NCBI GenBank assembly: GCA_902610175.1
Contig: CACLUR010000002.1
Location: 75,116 to 107,115, forward strand
DNA from: an uncultured Alphaproteobacteria bacterium
GTDB lineage: Bacteria > Pseudomonadota > Alphaproteobacteria > HIMB59
DNA: 32,000 nt
Reading direction: 5' to 3'
The notes under the pieces are model-generated. The model did not search any database. It saw only the letters and a program-made list of their open reading frames with translations, and was not told the DNA's origin. Below are positions 1-13,583 of this stretch, piece after piece. Position numbers and translations under genes: made by a program. Each line of letters starts with the position of its first letter. The stretch's first letter is position 1.

Positions 1-1
1 A

Positions 2-3000
2 CTGATGGTCACTTTTAGACTAATAATATGGGATATCAATGAAGAAACTGAGGAAAAATCACTAAGAGATATCAAAGAACAAGTTGTTTATTTAGGCGAT
101 TTACCTTTGATGACAAATAATGGTACTTTTGTTGTTAACGGAACTGAAAGAGTTGTTGTAAGTCAATTACATAGGTCTCCTGGTGTATTTTTTGATCATG
201 ATGAAGGTAAAACTCATGCAAGTGGTAAGGTGTTGTATAATGCACGAATAATCCCTTATAGAGGTTCTTGGTTAGATTTCGAATTTGATCATAAAGATAA
301 TCTCTTCTTCAGAATTGATAGAAAAAAGAAAATGATATCAACCACTATTTTACAAGCATTACCATCAATGGCTTCAGAAAATTATTTACAAGAATGTAAA
401 CAAAATAATGTTGAGCCAGATATATACAAAGTTTCGGGAATGACGTCAGAGGAAATTTTAACATACTTTTATGAGACTTTTAATTTTAAGAAAAATAAAG
501 ATGGATGGATTGTTAATTTAGACTTAAACAAATTTAAATATAAAAATCTTCCATTTAATTTGGTAGACCCAAATACTAATGATGTAATTGCCCACAAAGA
601 TGTAAAGTTATCTTTAAAATTACTCAAAGAAATAAAGGATAAAAAAATAAATAAATTCTTTTTCAAGCAAGAGGATTTATATGGTTTTTATTTATCAAAC
701 GATATTGTGAATTTTGATAATGGGTTAGTTTATGCAGAGGCAGGTACTTTATTAAGTGAAGAATTTTTTAAAAGACTTGAGGAGCTGTCTATTAATCAAT
801 TCTCTGTTATAAATGCTAATCAAGCTACTGGTAACCTAGGTGTAATTAATTCACTTGTAGCTGATAAAAATAATTCTAGAGAAGAAGCTCTTTTTGATAT
901 TTTTAAAATTTTAAGACCAGGTGAACCCCCAACATTGGAAGCAAGTAACTTTTTATTTCAAAATATGTTTTTTAGTGAAGATAGATACGATTTATCTGAA
1001 GTAGGTAGGGTGAAATTAAACACTTATTTATCTTTAAATAAGGATAATAAAACAAGAATTTTAAGTAAATCAGATATTCTAGCTGTCGCGAAAAAACTTT
1101 TTGATATGAAAACAGAGAGTGCTGGTAAAGATGATATAGACCATCTAGGAAATAGGCGTGTACGGTCAGTTGGAGAGTTAATTGAAAACCAATATAGAAT
1201 TGGATTAGTAAGAATGGAGCGAGCAATTAGAGAAAAAATGGGAACTGTTGATATTGAGTCGATAATGCCCCAAGATCTTGTTAACTCCAAACCAATACAA
1301 ACTGTCTTGAAAGAATTTACTGGAACAAGTCAACTAAGTCAGTTTATGGACCAGACAAATCCATTAAGTGAAATTACCCACAAAAGAAGAATTTCTGCAT
1401 TAGGTCCAGGTGGTCTTACCAGAGAGAGAGCAGGATTTGAGGTTAGAGATGTCCACACCACTCACTATGGTAGAATATGCCCAATTGAAACACCTGAAGG
1501 TTCTAACATAGGTCTCATAAACAGTCTTTCATCTTTTGCTAGAATTAATCAATACGGTTTCATCGAAACACCCTATAGAAAAATAGTTAAAGGCACCGTA
1601 ACCAATGAGGTTCTATATTTGAATGCTGACGAAGAGGAGAATTACACAATAGCTCAAGCAAATAGCCCTCTTAATGAAAATGGTAAATTTACTGAAGAAC
1701 AAGTCAGCTGTAGAAGAAGAGGTGATTTTATATTCTGTGATCCCTCTGAGATAGATTTCATGGATGTAAATCCTCAACAATTAGTCTCTGTTGCCGCATC
1801 TTTAATTCCCTTCTTGGAAAATGACGATGCTAATAGGGCGTTAATGGGATCAAATATGATGAGACAGGCTGTTCCTCTCGTCAAAAGTGAAGCCCCTCTT
1901 GTTGGTACTGGATTTGAGTCAAAAGTAGCAAGAGACAGTGGCGCTGTTGTTGTAGCTAAAAATAGTGGTTATGTTCATCAAGTTGACTCATCAAGAATAG
2001 TTATTAGGTCAGACTCCAAAAATATCAGTAAAGATAAAAGCGGAGTTGATATTTATAATTTAAAAAAGTTTCAAAGGTCTAATCAAAGCACTGCAATTAA
2101 CCAAAAACCAATTGTCAAAATAGGCGATTATGTTGAAAGAGGAGATATCATAGCCGATGGTCCTTCAACTGATTTAGGTGAATTAGCTTTAGGAAGAAAC
2201 CTTCTTGTAGGTTTTATGCCATGGAATGGATACAACTTTGAGGACTCTATAATAATGTCCGAAAGAGTTGTTCATGAAGATAGGTATACTTCAATTCACA
2301 TAGAGGAATTTGAAGTTCTATGTAGAGATACTAAACTTGGTCCCGAAGAAATAACACGAGACATGCCAAATGTTGGAGATGAAAGCATCACTAATCTTGA
2401 TGAAGCAGGTATTGTTTATATTGGTTCCGAGGTTAAACCGGGAGATATACTTGTTGGAAAAGTTTCCCCTAAAGGAGACTCACCTATCACACCAGAAGAA
2501 AAATTGTTAAGAGCTATTTTCTCAGAGAAAGCAGCCGATGTGAAAGATACATCATTAAGATTACCAACCGGATACTCTGGCGTTGTCGTTGATGTCCAAG
2601 TTTTAGTTCGTAGAGGTGTTGAAAAAGATGAAAGAACAATAGCTATCGAGAGAGTTGAGATAGATAGATTAGCTAAAGATAGAGACGATGAAAAAAATAT
2701 TTTAGAAAATAATTATAAACAAAATCTTATTAATATTTTTAAGAATAAAAATTCTAGTTCAACTATAGATGTATTTACAAAAGGAAATAAAATTGAAGAA
2801 GATACTTTGATATCAAAATCAATTGAAATTTTGGAAAAAATTCAAGTTGATGACTCTACTTCTATGGAAACATTCACTTCTCAAAAGAAAATCTTCAGTG
2901 ACGCTGTTATTTTATTAGATAAAAAGTTTCAAAATAAAATTGAAAAAATTCAAAGTGGTGATGACCTGTTACCTGGTGTTTTAAAAGTTGTAAAGGTTTT

Positions 3001-3904
3001 TGTAGCTGTAAAAAGAAAACTACAGGCAGGTGATAAAATGGCTGGAAGGCATGGTAACAAAGGAGTTATTTCTAAGATAGTACCAGTTGAAGATATGCCA
3101 TTTTTAGAAGATGGAACTCCTGTAGATGTTTTGTTAAATCCATTAGGTGTTCCAAGTAGAATGAATATTGGTCAAATACTAGAGACACACTTAGGATGGG
3201 CAGCCTATGGTATTGGTAAACAAATTTCCAGAAGCTTAGATATGGCTAAGAAAGAGGGTAATATAGTCCAGCTAAAAGAGTCTTTATCTAATTTTTATGA
3301 TCAGAATAAAGACTCCAATGTTGAAATTACAAAAATGAACGATGACCAGATTATTGAATTAGCAGGTAATTTAGAAAAAGGTGTAACTTTTGCTACACCC
3401 GTTTTTGATGGAACAAATACTCATGAAATTACCAATCTTCTAGACAAAGCTGGATTTGATAATAGTGGACAAGTTCATTTATATGATGGTAGATCTGGAG
3501 AGAGGTTTGAAAGAAAGGTAACTGTTGGTTACAAGTATATCTTAAAACTTCATCATCTAATTGATGATAAAATTCACGCTCGATCTATAGGCCCCTACAG
3601 TCTTGTAACACAACAGCCTTTAGGCGGTAAAGCTCAATTTGGTGGTCAAAGATTTGGAGAAATGGAGGTATGGGCATTGGAAGCATATGGTGCATCCAAT
3701 ACTCTTCAGGAAATTTTAACTATTAAATCTGATGACGTAGCCGGGAGAACTAAAGTATATGAAGCATTAATTAGAGGTGACTATAACTTTGAAAGTGGAA
3801 TACCTGAGTCATTTCATGTTTTAGTTAAAGAACTAAAATCTCTTGGATTGAATGTTGAATTAATAGAAACAGATCCCACAGCAAACAGGGAGGGCACACA
3901 ATGA
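2..3904 (+). CDS. rpoB: DNA-directed RNA polymerase subunit beta, N-terminus truncated by window edge
   Basis: ORF open from the window edge. Contains [69 protein letters not shown] and [14 protein letters not shown], and ends at the rpoC ATG. Confidence 0.99.
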   Translation: MMVTFRLIIWDINEETEEKSLRDIKEQVVYLGDLPLMTNNGTFVVNGTERVVVSQLHRSPGVFFDHDEGKTHASGKVLYNARIIPYRGSWLDFEFDHKDNLFFRIDRKKKMISTTILQALPSMASENYLQECKQNNVEPDIYKVSGMTSEEILTYFYETFNFKKNKDGWIVNLDLNKFKYKNLPFNLVDPNTNDVIAHKDVKLSLKLLKEIKDKKINKFFFKQEDLYGFYLSNDIVNFDNGLVYAEAGTLLSEEFFKRLEELSINQFSVINANQATGNLGVINSLVADKNNSREEALFDIFKILRPGEPPTLEASNFLFQNMFFSEDRYDLSEVGRVKLNTYLSLNKDNKTRILSKSDILAVAKKLFDMKTESAGKDDIDHLGNRRVRSVGELIENQYRIGLVRMERAIREKMGTVDIESIMPQDLVNSKPIQTVLKEFTGTSQLSQFMDQTNPLSEITHKRRISALGPGGLTRERAGFEVRDVHTTHYGRICPIETPEGSNIGLINSLSSFARINQYGFIETPYRKIVKGTVTNEVLYLNADEEENYTIAQANSPLNENGKFTEEQVSCRRRGDFIFCDPSEIDFMDVNPQQLVSVAASLIPFLENDDANRALMGSNMMRQAVPLVKSEAPLVGTGFESKVARDSGAVVVAKNSGYVHQVDSSRIVIRSDSKNISKDKSGVDIYNLKKFQRSNQSTAINQKPIVKIGDYVERGDIIADGPSTDLGELALGRNLLVGFMPWNGYNFEDSIIMSERVVHEDRYTSIHIEEFEVLCRDTKLGPEEITRDMPNVGDESITNLDEAGIVYIGSEVKPGDILVGKVSPKGDSPITPEEKLLRAIFSEKAADVKDTSLRLPTGYSGVVVDVQVLVRRGVEKDERTIAIERVEIDRLAKDRDDEKNILENNYKQNLINIFKNKNSSSTIDVFTKGNKIEEDTLISKSIEILEKIQVDDSTSMETFTSQKKIFSDAVILLDKKFQNKIEKIQSGDDLLPGVLKVVKVFVAVKRKLQAGDKMAGRHGNKGVISKIVPVEDMPFLEDGTPVDVLLNPLGVPSRMNIGQILETHLGWAAYGIGKQISRSLDMAKKEGNIVQLKESLSNFYDQNKDSNVEITKMNDDQIIELAGNLEKGVTFATPVFDGTNTHEITNLLDKAGFDNSGQVHLYDGRSGERFERKVTVGYKYILKLHHLIDDKIHARSIGPYSLVTQQPLGGKAQFGGQRFGEMEVWALEAYGASNTLQEILTIKSDDVAGRTKVYEALIRGDYNFESGIPESFHVLVKELKSLGLNVELIETDPTANREGTQ

Positions 3905-6900
3905 AAGATTTAACTAACTTATTTAAAACTAATAATCAAACTCTCAATTTTGATCAGATTAAGATTTCAGTTTCAAGTCCTGAGCAAATAAGGTCATGGT
4001 CTTTTGGTGAAATCAAAAAACCAGAGACTATTAATTACAGAACTTTCAAACCTGAAAGAGAAGGCTTGTTTTGTGCAAGAATTTTTGGACCTACAAAAGA
4101 TTACGAGTGTTTGTGTGGAAAATATAAAAGAATGAAATTTAAGGGAATTACTTGTGAAAAATGTGGTGTCGAAGTTACACTTTCTAAAGTTAGAAGAGAG
4201 AGAATGGCACATATTGAGCTTGCAGCTCCAGTTGCTCATATTTGGTTCTTAAAATCATTACCTAGTAGAATTGGGCTTGCTCTTGATATAACGCTCAAGA
4301 ACCTAGAAAAAGTTTTATATTTTGAAAGCCATATTGTAATTGACCCTCTAATGTCTGGTTTAAGCCAAAATCAACTACTCACAGATGAAGAATTAGAGGA
4401 AGCCATTGATCAATTTGGTGAAGACTCCTTCAAGCATGGAATTGGAGCAGAGGCTGTTCAAGAAATTCTATCTAAAATTGATTTAGAAGCTGAAATAGAA
4501 ACATTAGTTGAGGAAAGTGAGGCTACTTCATCTGAAACTAAAAAGAAAAAAATTTTAAAAAGAATGAAAGTTATGGAAGGCTTTAAAAACTCTAACATAA
4601 AACCTGAGTGGATGGTTTTAAAAGTACTTCCTGTTATCCCACCAGAGTTGAGACCTCTTGTACCTTTGGAGGGTGGGCGTTTTGCAACATCTGATTTAAA
4701 CGACTTGTATCGTAGAGTTATTAATAGAAATAACAGGTTAAAAAGACTTTTAGATTTAAGAGCCCCAGACATTATTGTTAGAAATGAAAAAAGAATGCTC
4801 CAAGAGTCTGTTGACGCTCTTTTTGATAATGGAAGAAGAGGAAGAGTTATTACAAGTACCAATAAAAGACCTCTAAAATCTTTATCTGAAATGTTAAAAG
4901 GTAAACAGGGTAGATTTAGACAAAATTTATTAGGTAAAAGAGTTGACTACTCTGGTCGATCAGTAATTGTCGTGGGGCCAGAATTGAAACTCCATCAATG
5001 CGGACTACCTAAAAAAATGGCCTTAGAACTATTCAAACCATTTATCTATAACAAACTTGAGTCTTATGGTTTTGCCTCAACTCTTAAATCTGCAAGAAAA
5101 ATGGTAGAGTCAGAGAGACCAGAAGTTTGGGACATACTCGACGAAGTAATTAGAGAACATCCAATTCTTTTAAATAGAGCACCCACGTTACATAGATTGG
5201 GAATTCAAGCATTTGAACCAATTTTAATTGAAGGCAAAGCAATACAACTACATCCACTAGTTTGTACAGCATTTAATGCTGATTTTGATGGTGATCAGAT
5301 GGCAGTTCACATACCTTTAAGCCTTGAGGCACAATTAGAAGCAAGAGTTTTAATGATGAGCACAAATAATATTCTATCACCCTCAAGTGGAAAGCCTATT
5401 ATTGTTCCAAGTCAAGATATAGTTTTAGGGATTTACTATTTATCGTTAATTAATGAAAAAGAAGAGGCAAAGAAATATTATTCACACGTAGGAGAAGTAG
5501 AATTTGCATTGGAAAATAAAACAATAGAGCTACATACACCTATTTTATACAGGACTAAAATATATAATTCTGAAACTGATAGCTTTGAATACAAAAAATA
5601 TACTACCTCTGCTGGCAGAGTTATGCTTTTTAAGACAGTTCCTGAGAACAAAAATTTACCTTTTGATGTAATTAATAAAGTTTTGACAAAAAAGGATATA
5701 AGTAATCTTTTAGACAATGTTTACAGATTTACAGGCCAAAAGGCGACCTGCATATTTGTTGACCAAATCATGAACGTAGGTTTTAAGTATGCTGCTAAAG
5801 CAGGTATTTCATTTGGAAAAGATGACTTAGTTATTCCAGAGGAAAAGAATGTTTTAATACAAGATACGCAAAAACAAGTAAATAGCCTTGAAAATCAATA
5901 TCAAGAAGGCCTCATTACCGAAAGAGAAAAATATAATAAAGTTGTAGGTTTATGGTCAACTTGTACTGACAAGGTTGCAAAGGCAATGATGAAAACCGTT
6001 TCATCAAATAAAGATAGCCAAATTAACTCTGTATATATCATGGCGGACTCTGGTGCACGTGGCTCTGAGGCTCAGCTAAAGCAGTTGGCGGGTATGAGAG
6101 GTTTGATGGCAAGACCATCAGGAGAGATTATTGAAAATCCAATTACATCTAACTTTAAAGATGGCCTGACAGTTCTTGAATATTTTAACTCTACTCACGG
6201 TGCTAGAAAAGGTTTAGCTGACACTGCTCTTAAAACTGCAAGTTCAGGTTATTTAACTAGAAGACTAGTTGATGTCGCTCAAGATTTAACAATTACATGT
6301 AAAGATTGCACATGTAAAAATGGTTTAACTGTTGACACTATTTATGAGTCTGGTGAGGTTTCTATACCTTTGACTGAAAGAGTTTTTGGTAGATATCTTG
6401 CCGATGATGTCAAAAACAAAAAAGGTGATGTGATCATAAAAAATGATTCCTACATTTCACACGAAGAAATTGAATTATTAGAAAAAGAAAATATTACATC
6501 TGTTAGAATTAAATCACCAATCACTTGTGGAACAACACATGGTATTTGCGCCAAATCTTATGGAAGAGATTTAGCTAAAGGAGTACCTGTAAATACTGGC
6601 GAAGCAGTTGGTATTATTGCAGCTCAGTCAATTGGTGAGCCTGGCACTCAGTTAACAATGAGAACATTCCACGTTGGAGGTGTTGCTAGTTCTTCTGCTG
6701 AAAAGTCAAATTTTGAATCACCAAGCGATGGTAAAGTTAAAATTAAAAATCTTAAATCTGTCGTTAATGGATCTGGAAATGAAATTATCATCAATAGAAC
6801 CACTGAGCTTGAAATATTTGATAATAATAAAACTCTAGTTTCTTCATTTAGAGCGCCATATGGATCGACTTTATTGGTAAAAAACGGTGCAGATGTTAAG

Positions 6901-8013
6901 CTTAATAGTTTATTACTTGAATGGGATCCATACACTGTTCCGATAGTTGCCGAAGAAACTGGAAAATTAGATTTTAGTGATTTAGTTGAAGGTGTATCTT
7001 TTATAGAAAAGTTTGATGAGACTACCGGTATTTCCTCTAAAGTTATAATCGATTGGAAAAGTTTTCAGGGAAAACAAGATCTTAAACCACAGTTATTGAT
7101 AACTGACAAAGATGGCAATCCTATTAAATCAAAAAATTCATCTACATATGATTTAAGTGTTGGTATTGTTCTAAATATTGAAAAAGGAAAAGAAGTAACT
7201 GCTGGTGATGTAATAGCTAGAATTCCAAGAGCGTCCTCAAAAACAAAAGATATCACTGGTGGACTACCAAGAGTAGCTGATATCTTTGAGTCAAGAAAAC
7301 CAAAGAATCCTGCTGTTCTAGCAGAAATATCTGGAACAATTGAATTTGGAAAAGATATAAAAAGCAAAAGAAGAATTATTATTAATCCTGAAGAAGGAGA
7401 GCCTGTTGAGTTTTTAATTCCTAAAGGCACTTATATTTATTTTAATGAGGGAGATAAGGTAAATAAAGGTGACATGATTGTTGATGGCACTCCAGCTCCA
7501 ACAGATATTTTAAATATTCTTGGAATTGAGGCTTTAGCTGAATACATGGTTAGAGAAGTTCAAAAAGTATATCGTTTACAAGGTGTTTTAATTGATGACA
7601 AGCACATTGAGTGCATTACTCGTCAAATGCTACAAAAAGTTGAAGTTATCGATGCTGGTGACAGTGAATATTTAGTTGGTGACATAAAAGATAAAATTGA
7701 TGTCATAGAAAAGAATAATTCACTTAAAAAAGAAGGTAAGAAAGAGGTCAATTATAAAATGATGATCCTTGGAATTACAAAGGCGAGCCTTCAAACTAAT
7801 TCCTTTATTTCAGCAGCCTCTTTCCAAGAAACAACAAGAGTTCTTACTGAGGCAGCTATTAATGGAAAAGTTGATAAATTAACTGGCCTTAAAGAAAATG
7901 TCATTGTTGGTAAACTAATACCTGCTGGAACAGGCAACGTTATTAGAGCTCTGCGAAAAGAGGCCAAAATCCGCGATAATTCATTATTAAAACAGCTAGA
8001 AACTCCCAAATAG
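3901..8013 (+). CDS. rpoC: DNA-directed RNA polymerase subunit beta'
   Basis: 1370 aa. Contains the catalytic motif [12 protein letters not shown], the N-terminal zinc-binding [24 protein letters not shown] and the MRTFHVGG region. ATGA overlap with rpoB. Confidence 0.99.
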   Translation: MKDLTNLFKTNNQTLNFDQIKISVSSPEQIRSWSFGEIKKPETINYRTFKPEREGLFCARIFGPTKDYECLCGKYKRMKFKGITCEKCGVEVTLSKVRRERMAHIELAAPVAHIWFLKSLPSRIGLALDITLKNLEKVLYFESHIVIDPLMSGLSQNQLLTDEELEEAIDQFGEDSFKHGIGAEAVQEILSKIDLEAEIETLVEESEATSSETKKKKILKRMKVMEGFKNSNIKPEWMVLKVLPVIPPELRPLVPLEGGRFATSDLNDLYRRVINRNNRLKRLLDLRAPDIIVRNEKRMLQESVDALFDNGRRGRVITSTNKRPLKSLSEMLKGKQGRFRQNLLGKRVDYSGRSVIVVGPELKLHQCGLPKKMALELFKPFIYNKLESYGFASTLKSARKMVESERPEVWDILDEVIREHPILLNRAPTLHRLGIQAFEPILIEGKAIQLHPLVCTAFNADFDGDQMAVHIPLSLEAQLEARVLMMSTNNILSPSSGKPIIVPSQDIVLGIYYLSLINEKEEAKKYYSHVGEVEFALENKTIELHTPILYRTKIYNSETDSFEYKKYTTSAGRVMLFKTVPENKNLPFDVINKVLTKKDISNLLDNVYRFTGQKATCIFVDQIMNVGFKYAAKAGISFGKDDLVIPEEKNVLIQDTQKQVNSLENQYQEGLITEREKYNKVVGLWSTCTDKVAKAMMKTVSSNKDSQINSVYIMADSGARGSEAQLKQLAGMRGLMARPSGEIIENPITSNFKDGLTVLEYFNSTHGARKGLADTALKTASSGYLTRRLVDVAQDLTITCKDCTCKNGLTVDTIYESGEVSIPLTERVFGRYLADDVKNKKGDVIIKNDSYISHEEIELLEKENITSVRIKSPITCGTTHGICAKSYGRDLAKGVPVNTGEAVGIIAAQSIGEPGTQLTMRTFHVGGVASSSAEKSNFESPSDGKVKIKNLKSVVNGSGNEIIINRTTELEIFDNNKTLVSSFRAPYGSTLLVKNGADVKLNSLLLEWDPYTVPIVAEETGKLDFSDLVEGVSFIEKFDETTGISSKVIIDWKSFQGKQDLKPQLLITDKDGNPIKSKNSSTYDLSVGIVLNIEKGKEVTAGDVIARIPRASSKTKDITGGLPRVADIFESRKPKNPAVLAEISGTIEFGKDIKSKRRIIINPEEGEPVEFLIPKGTYIYFNEGDKVNKGDMIVDGTPAPTDILNILGIEALAEYMVREVQKVYRLQGVLIDDKHIECITRQMLQKVEVIDAGDSEYLVGDIKDKIDVIEKNNSLKKEGKKEVNYKMMILGITKASLQTNSFISAASFQETTRVLTEAAINGKVDKLTGLKENVIVGKLIPAGTGNVIRALRKEAKIRDNSLLKQLETPK

Positions 8014-8016
8014 ATG

Positions 8017-8045
8017 TTGACTATACTGAATACTATAAATATATT
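8017..8045 (+). promoter_or_regulatory. Candidate sigma70-type promoter for rpsL: TTGACT - 17 nt - TATATT
   Basis: TTGACT at 8017-8022 and TATATT at 8040-8045, spaced 17 nt, in the 41-nt rpoC-rpsL gap. Confidence 0.5.
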
Positions 8046-8054
8046 CTGCGAACT

Positions 8055-8429
8055 ATGCCGACCATAAATCAATTAGTTAGGAAATCTAGAGAGAAAGTCT
8101 CTAAGAGAAATAAAGTTCCTGCTCTTAAGTCATGTCCTCAAAAAAGAGGTGTATGCCTTAGAGTTTACACCACCACTCCTAAAAAACCTAACTCAGCTTT
8201 AAGAAAAGTTGCTAGAGTTAAGCTAACTAATGGTCAAGAAGTTACAGCTTACATTCCAGGAGAAGGACATAATCTTCAGGAACACTCTGTAGTGCTAATT
8301 CGCGGGGGAAGAGTCAAAGACTTACCAGGTGTAAGATACCACATAATTAGAGGTACTTTGGATACCCAAGGTCTTGAAAAAAGAAGACAACGTAGATCTA
8401 AATACGGTGCAAAAAGGCCAAAAAATTAA
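8055..8429 (+). CDS. rpsL: 30S ribosomal protein S12
   Basis: [12 protein letters not shown]...[34 protein letters not shown] is characteristic of S12. Confidence 0.99.
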   Translation: MPTINQLVRKSREKVSKRNKVPALKSCPQKRGVCLRVYTTTPKKPNSALRKVARVKLTNGQEVTAYIPGEGHNLQEHSVVLIRGGRVKDLPGVRYHIIRGTLDTQGLEKRRQRRSKYGAKRPKN

Positions 8430-8438
8430 TATTAAACT

Positions 8439-8912
8439 ATGTCAAGAAGAAGAGCAGCAGAGAAAAGACAAGTATTACCAGATCCTATCTATAACAGCGT
8501 TGTTCTGAACAAGTTTATAAATGAGGTAATGGTAGGTGGAAAAAAAACAGTTGCCCAAAAAATAGTATATGGCGCCCTAGATATTATTAAAACAAACAAT
8601 CAAAGTGATGATCCGCTAGAGTATTTTCAAAAATCTATTAATAATGTTAAACCCTCTGTTGAAGTAAAATCAAGAAGAGTAGGTGGAGCTACCTACCAAG
8701 TACCAATGGAAGTTAGAAGCACTAGAGCTCAAGCATTAGCATTTAAATGGATATTAACTAATTCAAAAAAACGAAATGAAAAAACCCAAAGAGAGAGGTT
8801 AGCAAATGAACTAATAGATGCTTTTGAAAACAAAGGCAATTCTGTAAAGAAAAAAGATGAAGTTCATAAAATGGCAGAGGCTAACAGGGCATTCGCTCAT
8901 TATAGGTGGTAA
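8439..8912 (+). CDS. rpsG: 30S ribosomal protein S7
   Basis: [10 protein letters not shown]...[24 protein letters not shown] motif; located between rpsL and fusA. Confidence 0.98.
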   Translation: MSRRRAAEKRQVLPDPIYNSVVLNKFINEVMVGGKKTVAQKIVYGALDIIKTNNQSDDPLEYFQKSINNVKPSVEVKSRRVGGATYQVPMEVRSTRAQALAFKWILTNSKKRNEKTQRERLANELIDAFENKGNSVKKKDEVHKMAEANRAFAHYRW

Positions 8913-8914
8913 AA

Positions 8915-10978
8915 ATGGATTTAAGTAAATATAGAAATATAGGAATTATGGCCCATATTGATGCGGGTAAAACCACAACTACCGAAAGAATTTTATACTA
9001 TACAGGAAAATCTCATAAAATAGGTGAAGTCCATGATGGTGCCGCAACAATGGATTGGATGGAACAAGAGCAAGAACGAGGTATAACAATAACTTCAGCT
9101 GCTACAACCTGTTTTTGGAATGATCATAGAATAAATATTATTGATACGCCTGGGCACGTTGATTTCACAATTGAAGTTGAGAGATCATTGAGAGTTTTAG
9201 ACGGCGCTGTAGCATGCTTTGATGGTGTTGCAGGAGTTGAACCACAATCAGAAACAGTTTGGAGACAGGCTGACAGATATAAAGTCCCAAGGATTTGTTT
9301 TTGTAATAAAATGGATAGACTTGGCGCAGATTTTGAAATGAACGTACAATCTATTAAAGATAGATTGGGAGCTAATCCTCTAGTTTTGCAAATGGCAATT
9401 GGAAAAGAGGCAGATTTCAAAGGAGTTGTTGACCTAGTAAATTTTAAATCAATTATTTGGAAAGACGATAGTCTTGGTGCAGAATATGATGTTACTGATA
9501 TTAGCGATGATTTAATTGAGGAAGCTAAGAAAAAAAGAGAAGAACTAATTGAAAATGCTGTTGAAGCGGATGATAAAGCATTAGAGGACTATCTTGAGGG
9601 AAAAGAAATATCTGTTGATACTTTAAAAGCTTGTATAAGAAAAGGTACAATTGATTTTAAATTTGTTCCTGTTTTGTGTGGAACTGCTTTTAAAAATAAA
9701 GGTGTCCAACCATTACTTGATGCTGTTGTAGATTATTTACCTTCCCCAAAAGATATAGGTTTTGTTGAAGGAATTAAAGAGGGATCAGATGATAAATTAC
9801 AAATTCCTAATACTCCTGAAGAACCTTTTGCAGCCTTGGCGTTTAAAGTAGCAGCCGATCCTTTTGTTGGTCAAATAACTTTTTGTAGACTTTATTGTGG
9901 AAACCTAAGTTCAGGATCAACCATACTTAACTCATCAAAGAATCAAAAAGAAAGAATTGGAAGAATGCTTTTAATGCACTCAAACACTAGAGAAGAAATT
10001 AAAGATGCAAAGGCTGGAGATATAGTTGCTTTAGTTGGTTTGAAGAATGTCACCACTGGTGATACTTTATGTGATCCATCAAAAAAAGTTATTCTAGAAA
10101 AAATGGAATTCCCTGATCCTGTTATTGAAGTTGCAGTTGAGCCTAAAACAAAAGCTGACTATGAAAAAATGGGACAAGCCTTAGGAAGGTTAGCTCAAGA
10201 GGATCCAAGTTTTAGAGTTACTTCAGACGAAGAGTCTGGACAAACAATTATTAAAGGCATGGGTGAGCTTCATTTAGAAATTTTAGTTGACAGAATGAAA
10301 AGAGAATTCAAAGTCGAAGCAGATGTTGGCGCCCCTCAAGTGGCATATAGAGAGACAATCACTAAAGACGTCGAAGTAGATTATACTCATAAAAAACAAT
10401 CTGGTGGTGCTGGCCAATTTGCAAGAGTAAAAATGAAATTCAAACCATTAGAGAGAAATTCTGGTGTTAAATTTGTTAACACTGTAGTGGGAGGAAATAT
10501 TCCAAAAGAATATATTCCTGGAGTAGAAAAAGGTATCAATTTTGCCGCTCAAAATGGAGTTATAGCTGGCTATAACGTTATAGACTTTGAAGCAGAGGTT
10601 CATGATGGTGCTTTCCATGATGTTGACTCATCTGTATTGGCATTCGAGATAGCTTCAAGAGCTGCATTTAGAGAAGCTGTCGGGAAAGCTGGACCAAAAT
10701 TACTTGAGCCAATGATGAAAGTTGAAGTAGTCACCCCAGAAGATTATATGGGTGATATTATTGGTGATTTAAATTCAAGAAGAGGTCAAATAGAAAAAAT
10801 GGAAGACAGAGGTAATGCCAAAGTGGTATCGTCTGTAGTTCCTCTTGCTAATATGTTTGGTTATGTTAATAATCTACGCTCCATGAGTCAAGGTAGAGCA
10901 AGTTATACAATGTTATTTTCACACTATGATGTCGTACCTTCAAATGTTGAAGAGGAAATTAAATCTAAACTGGCATAA
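8915..10978 (+). CDS. fusA: Elongation factor G
   Basis: GTPase motifs [28 protein letters not shown] and [14 protein letters not shown] at 8915 with AGGTGG upstream is preferred over the GTG at 8906. Confidence 0.98.
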   Translation: MDLSKYRNIGIMAHIDAGKTTTTERILYYTGKSHKIGEVHDGAATMDWMEQEQERGITITSAATTCFWNDHRINIIDTPGHVDFTIEVERSLRVLDGAVACFDGVAGVEPQSETVWRQADRYKVPRICFCNKMDRLGADFEMNVQSIKDRLGANPLVLQMAIGKEADFKGVVDLVNFKSIIWKDDSLGAEYDVTDISDDLIEEAKKKREELIENAVEADDKALEDYLEGKEISVDTLKACIRKGTIDFKFVPVLCGTAFKNKGVQPLLDAVVDYLPSPKDIGFVEGIKEGSDDKLQIPNTPEEPFAALAFKVAADPFVGQITFCRLYCGNLSSGSTILNSSKNQKERIGRMLLMHSNTREEIKDAKAGDIVALVGLKNVTTGDTLCDPSKKVILEKMEFPDPVIEVAVEPKTKADYEKMGQALGRLAQEDPSFRVTSDEESGQTIIKGMGELHLEILVDRMKREFKVEADVGAPQVAYRETITKDVEVDYTHKKQSGGAGQFARVKMKFKPLERNSGVKFVNTVVGGNIPKEYIPGVEKGINFAAQNGVIAGYNVIDFEAEVHDGAFHDVDSSVLAFEIASRAAFREAVGKAGPKLLEPMMKVEVVTPEDYMGDIIGDLNSRRGQIEKMEDRGNAKVVSSVVPLANMFGYVNNLRSMSQGRASYTMLFSHYDVVPSNVEEEIKSKLA

Positions 10979-10980
10979 TC

Positions 10981-11295
10981 ATGATAAATCAAAATATTAG
11001 AATAAGATTAAAGTCGTTTGATCATAGTATTTTAGATAGAAGTTCAATTGATATTCTTCAGACAGCTAAAAGAACTGGCGCTAAAGTAATTGGACCAATT
11101 CCCATGCCATCTAAAATTGAAAGAGTTACGGTAAATAAATCACCACATGTAGATAAAAAAAGTAGAGAGCAGTTTGAATTACGAACACACATTAGGATGA
11201 TGGATATCATTGAACCTACACCACAAACAGTTGATGCACTCATGAAGCTTGACTTAGCTTCAGGTGTTAATGTCGATATAAAAATAAAAAAATAA
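10981..11295 (+). CDS. rpsJ: 30S ribosomal protein S10
   Basis: [17 protein letters not shown]...[33 protein letters not shown]. Confidence 0.98.
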   Translation: MINQNIRIRLKSFDHSILDRSSIDILQTAKRTGAKVIGPIPMPSKIERVTVNKSPHVDKKSREQFELRTHIRMMDIIEPTPQTVDALMKLDLASGVNVDIKIKK

Positions 11296-11301
11296 TTTAT
11301 T

Positions 11302-11907
11302 ATGATCATCAGCACTAAAATTGGCCAAACTTCATTTGTGAATGAAAATGGTACTAGAGTTTCTGCCACAGTTCTTGATTACAATAGTTGTGCTGTTGTT
11401 GGTAATAGAACTATGGATAGAGATGGTTATCTTGCAAATATTATAGGTTATCTTAAACCAAAAAAAATTAATAAACCTCAATTAAAAGAATTCAATAAAT
11501 TAAATTTAGAGCCAAAAAAAATAATTAAGGAACAAAGAATAAATACTGATGAGGAACTCCTAGAGGTTGGTTCTTTAATTGATCCTAAATTTAAAGTTGG
11601 TGATAAAGTTTCGGTACAGTCAAAATCAACTGGTAAAGGTTTTGCCGGAGCTATGAAAAGACACAATTTTAGTGGTATGAGAGCAACACATGGTGTTTCT
11701 ATTTCTCATAGAGCTCATGGTTCAACTGGTCAAAATCAGAATCCAGGTAAGGTGTTCAAAGGAAAAAAAATGGCTGGTCATTTAGGTGATCAATTAACAA
11801 CTACTAAAAATTTAGAGGTGCTTTTAATCGATCAAGATAAAAAATTAATATTTATCAAAGGATCTGTTCCTGGAAAAAATAAATCTATAGTGAAGGTTTT
11901 TAAATAA
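11302..11907 (+). CDS. rplC: 50S ribosomal protein L3
   Basis: [53 protein letters not shown]. Confidence 0.98.
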   Translation: MIISTKIGQTSFVNENGTRVSATVLDYNSCAVVGNRTMDRDGYLANIIGYLKPKKINKPQLKEFNKLNLEPKKIIKEQRINTDEELLEVGSLIDPKFKVGDKVSVQSKSTGKGFAGAMKRHNFSGMRATHGVSISHRAHGSTGQNQNPGKVFKGKKMAGHLGDQLTTTKNLEVLLIDQDKKLIFIKGSVPGKNKSIVKVFK

Positions 11908-12474
11908 ATGTTTGAACAAATTACACTAAAAGATAAAAATATATCCGAAAAAGCTTTACATTTATCATTACAAAAAATCTATTCCCATAAACAAGGAAAT
12001 AATCATAGTCTTGATAGATCTGAAGTTGCTGGCTCAGGAAAAAAACTTTTTAAACAAAAAGGAACTGGAAATGCAAGAGCTGGTAACAAAAAAACTACTC
12101 AAAGAAGAGGTGGGGGAAAAGCTTTTGGGCCAAAATTTCACGTGGTCTCCTATAAAGTTAATAAAAAAGTCAAAAAAAGCGCTATAGTTTCATCAATAGT
12201 TACCAAAAGTAATAATAAATCACTCTATGTTTTTGATGAGGAAAAATTAGATGAAAAAAATATCTCTGATTTGTTAAAAAAAAACCCAAACAAAATGATT
12301 ATTTTTGTTCTTAGTAATTTAATTGAAAATAAATTGATTATTAAATTTCAAAACTACAAAAAAATATACTTTCTCTCAGATAAAAGTTATTCAGTCCATA
12401 CAGCATTAAAATCAGATATGGTTTTATTTTCAAAAAAATCATCAATTTATAATTCATACATAGGTAATAATTAA
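11908..12474 (+). CDS. rplD: 50S ribosomal protein L4
   Basis: KQKGTGNARAGNKKTTQRRGGGKAFGPK motif and position after rplC. The C-terminal half is divergent. Confidence 0.95.
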   Translation: MFEQITLKDKNISEKALHLSLQKIYSHKQGNNHSLDRSEVAGSGKKLFKQKGTGNARAGNKKTTQRRGGGKAFGPKFHVVSYKVNKKVKKSAIVSSIVTKSNNKSLYVFDEEKLDEKNISDLLKKNPNKMIIFVLSNLIENKLIIKFQNYKKIYFLSDKSYSVHTALKSDMVLFSKKSSIYNSYIGNN

Positions 12475-12475
12475 A

Positions 12476-12757
12476 ATGGATCTTAACTTAATTAAAAAAC
12501 CTGTCATTACAGAAAAGTCTACATCTAATGCTCAATTTAATAAGTACATTTTTGAAGTCCGAAACGATGCAAATAAAATTAATATAAAAAAGACAATAGA
12601 AGACATATATAAAGTTAAAGTTCAAAAACTAAATAGTTTAAATGTTAAGAGCAAGCCCAAAGTATTTAAGGGTCAAAGAGGTACAAGATCAGAGCTTAAA
12701 AGAATAATTGTAACTCTTAAAGAGGGCAACACCATAGATATGAGTGGTAAGGTATAA
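12476..12757 (+). CDS. rplW: 50S ribosomal protein L23
   Basis: [10 protein letters not shown]...[35 protein letters not shown]. Confidence 0.97.
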   Translation: MDLNLIKKPVITEKSTSNAQFNKYIFEVRNDANKINIKKTIEDIYKVKVQKLNSLNVKSKPKVFKGQRGTRSELKRIIVTLKEGNTIDMSGKV

Positions 12758-12758
12758 T

Positions 12759-13583
12759 ATGGGACTGATAACTTACAAACCAACAACACCTTCTTATAGA
12801 AAAACAGTTAAAATTGACAAGTCACATTTGTTTAAGGGACGTCCAGAAAAATCTTTAATAGAAGACCTACAACCAAATTCTGGTAGAAACAATACTGGTA
12901 AGATTACAATTAGACATAGATCTGGTGGACACAAAAAAAAATACAGATTAGTAAACTTTAAAAGAAACATATTTGATAAAATTGGAACAGTTGAGAGAAT
13001 AGAATATGATCCAAATAGAAGTGCCTTTATAGCACTAATTAACTATCAAGATATTAAAGAATACATTATTGCACCTACTGATTTAAAAACTGGTGATAAG
13101 GTTATTTCATCAGCCAAAACGGAAATAGCATCAGGTAATGCCATGAGGATTAAAAATATACCAACTGGTACATCTATACATAATATCGAATTAAAACCAG
13201 GGGCTGGTGGTAAACTATGTAGATCAGCAGGGTCCTTTGCACAGGTACTAGGAGAGCAAGAAAAATATGTAATGATTAAACTTTCATCCCGCGAAACCAG
13301 ACTAGTTCATGGTGAGTGTATGGCTACTGTAGGGGTAGTATCTAATCAAGATAATAAAAATAAAAAAATTGGTAAAGCCGGAATTAAAAGACACCTGGGT
13401 ATAAGACCTACTGTTAGAGGTGTTGTAATGAATCCTGTTGATCACCCACACGGTGGAGGAGAAGGAAGAACATCGGGTGGCAGACATCCTTCAACGCCAT
13501 GGGGTATGAAAACAAAAGGTAAGAAGACAAGAAGAATTAAATTTACATCTAAGATGATCATATCAAGAAGGGCTAAAAAGTAA
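12759..13583 (+). CDS. rplB: 50S ribosomal protein L2
   Basis: [14 protein letters not shown]...[30 protein letters not shown]. Start moved from 12744 to the internal ATG at 12759 on family length. Confidence 0.97.
   Translation: MGLITYKPTTPSYRKTVKIDKSHLFKGRPEKSLIEDLQPNSGRNNTGKITIRHRSGGHKKKYRLVNFKRNIFDKIGTVERIEYDPNRSAFIALINYQDIKEYIIAPTDLKTGDKVISSAKTEIASGNAMRIKNIPTGTSIHNIELKPGAGGKLCRSAGSFAQVLGEQEKYVMIKLSSRETRLVHGECMATVGVVSNQDNKNKKIGKAGIKRHLGIRPTVRGVVMNPVDHPHGGGEGRTSGGRHPSTPWGMKTKGKKTRRIKFTSKMIISRRAKK

Noticed and set aside
1320-1530. Possible rifampicin-resistance changes in rpoB
   Set aside because: The rifampicin region [31 protein letters not shown] retains the usual susceptible residues; nothing unusual to report.
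469-7430. Reverse-strand ORFs of about 60-134 aa inside rpoB and rpoC
   Set aside because: They are antisense to highly conserved core genes, resemble no recognisable family and have no supporting start context. They are consistent with shadow ORFs.
8906-8915. GTG at 8906 as the fusA start
   Set aside because: It lies inside rpsG and the AGGTGG; ATG at 8915 has proper Shine-Dalgarno spacing and the normal EF-G N-terminus.
12744-12759. Upstream start for rplB (MVRYNMGL...)
   Set aside because: ATG at 12759 gives the usual L2 N-terminus (M-x-L-x-x-Y/F-x-PTTPS) and removes the overlap with rplW.
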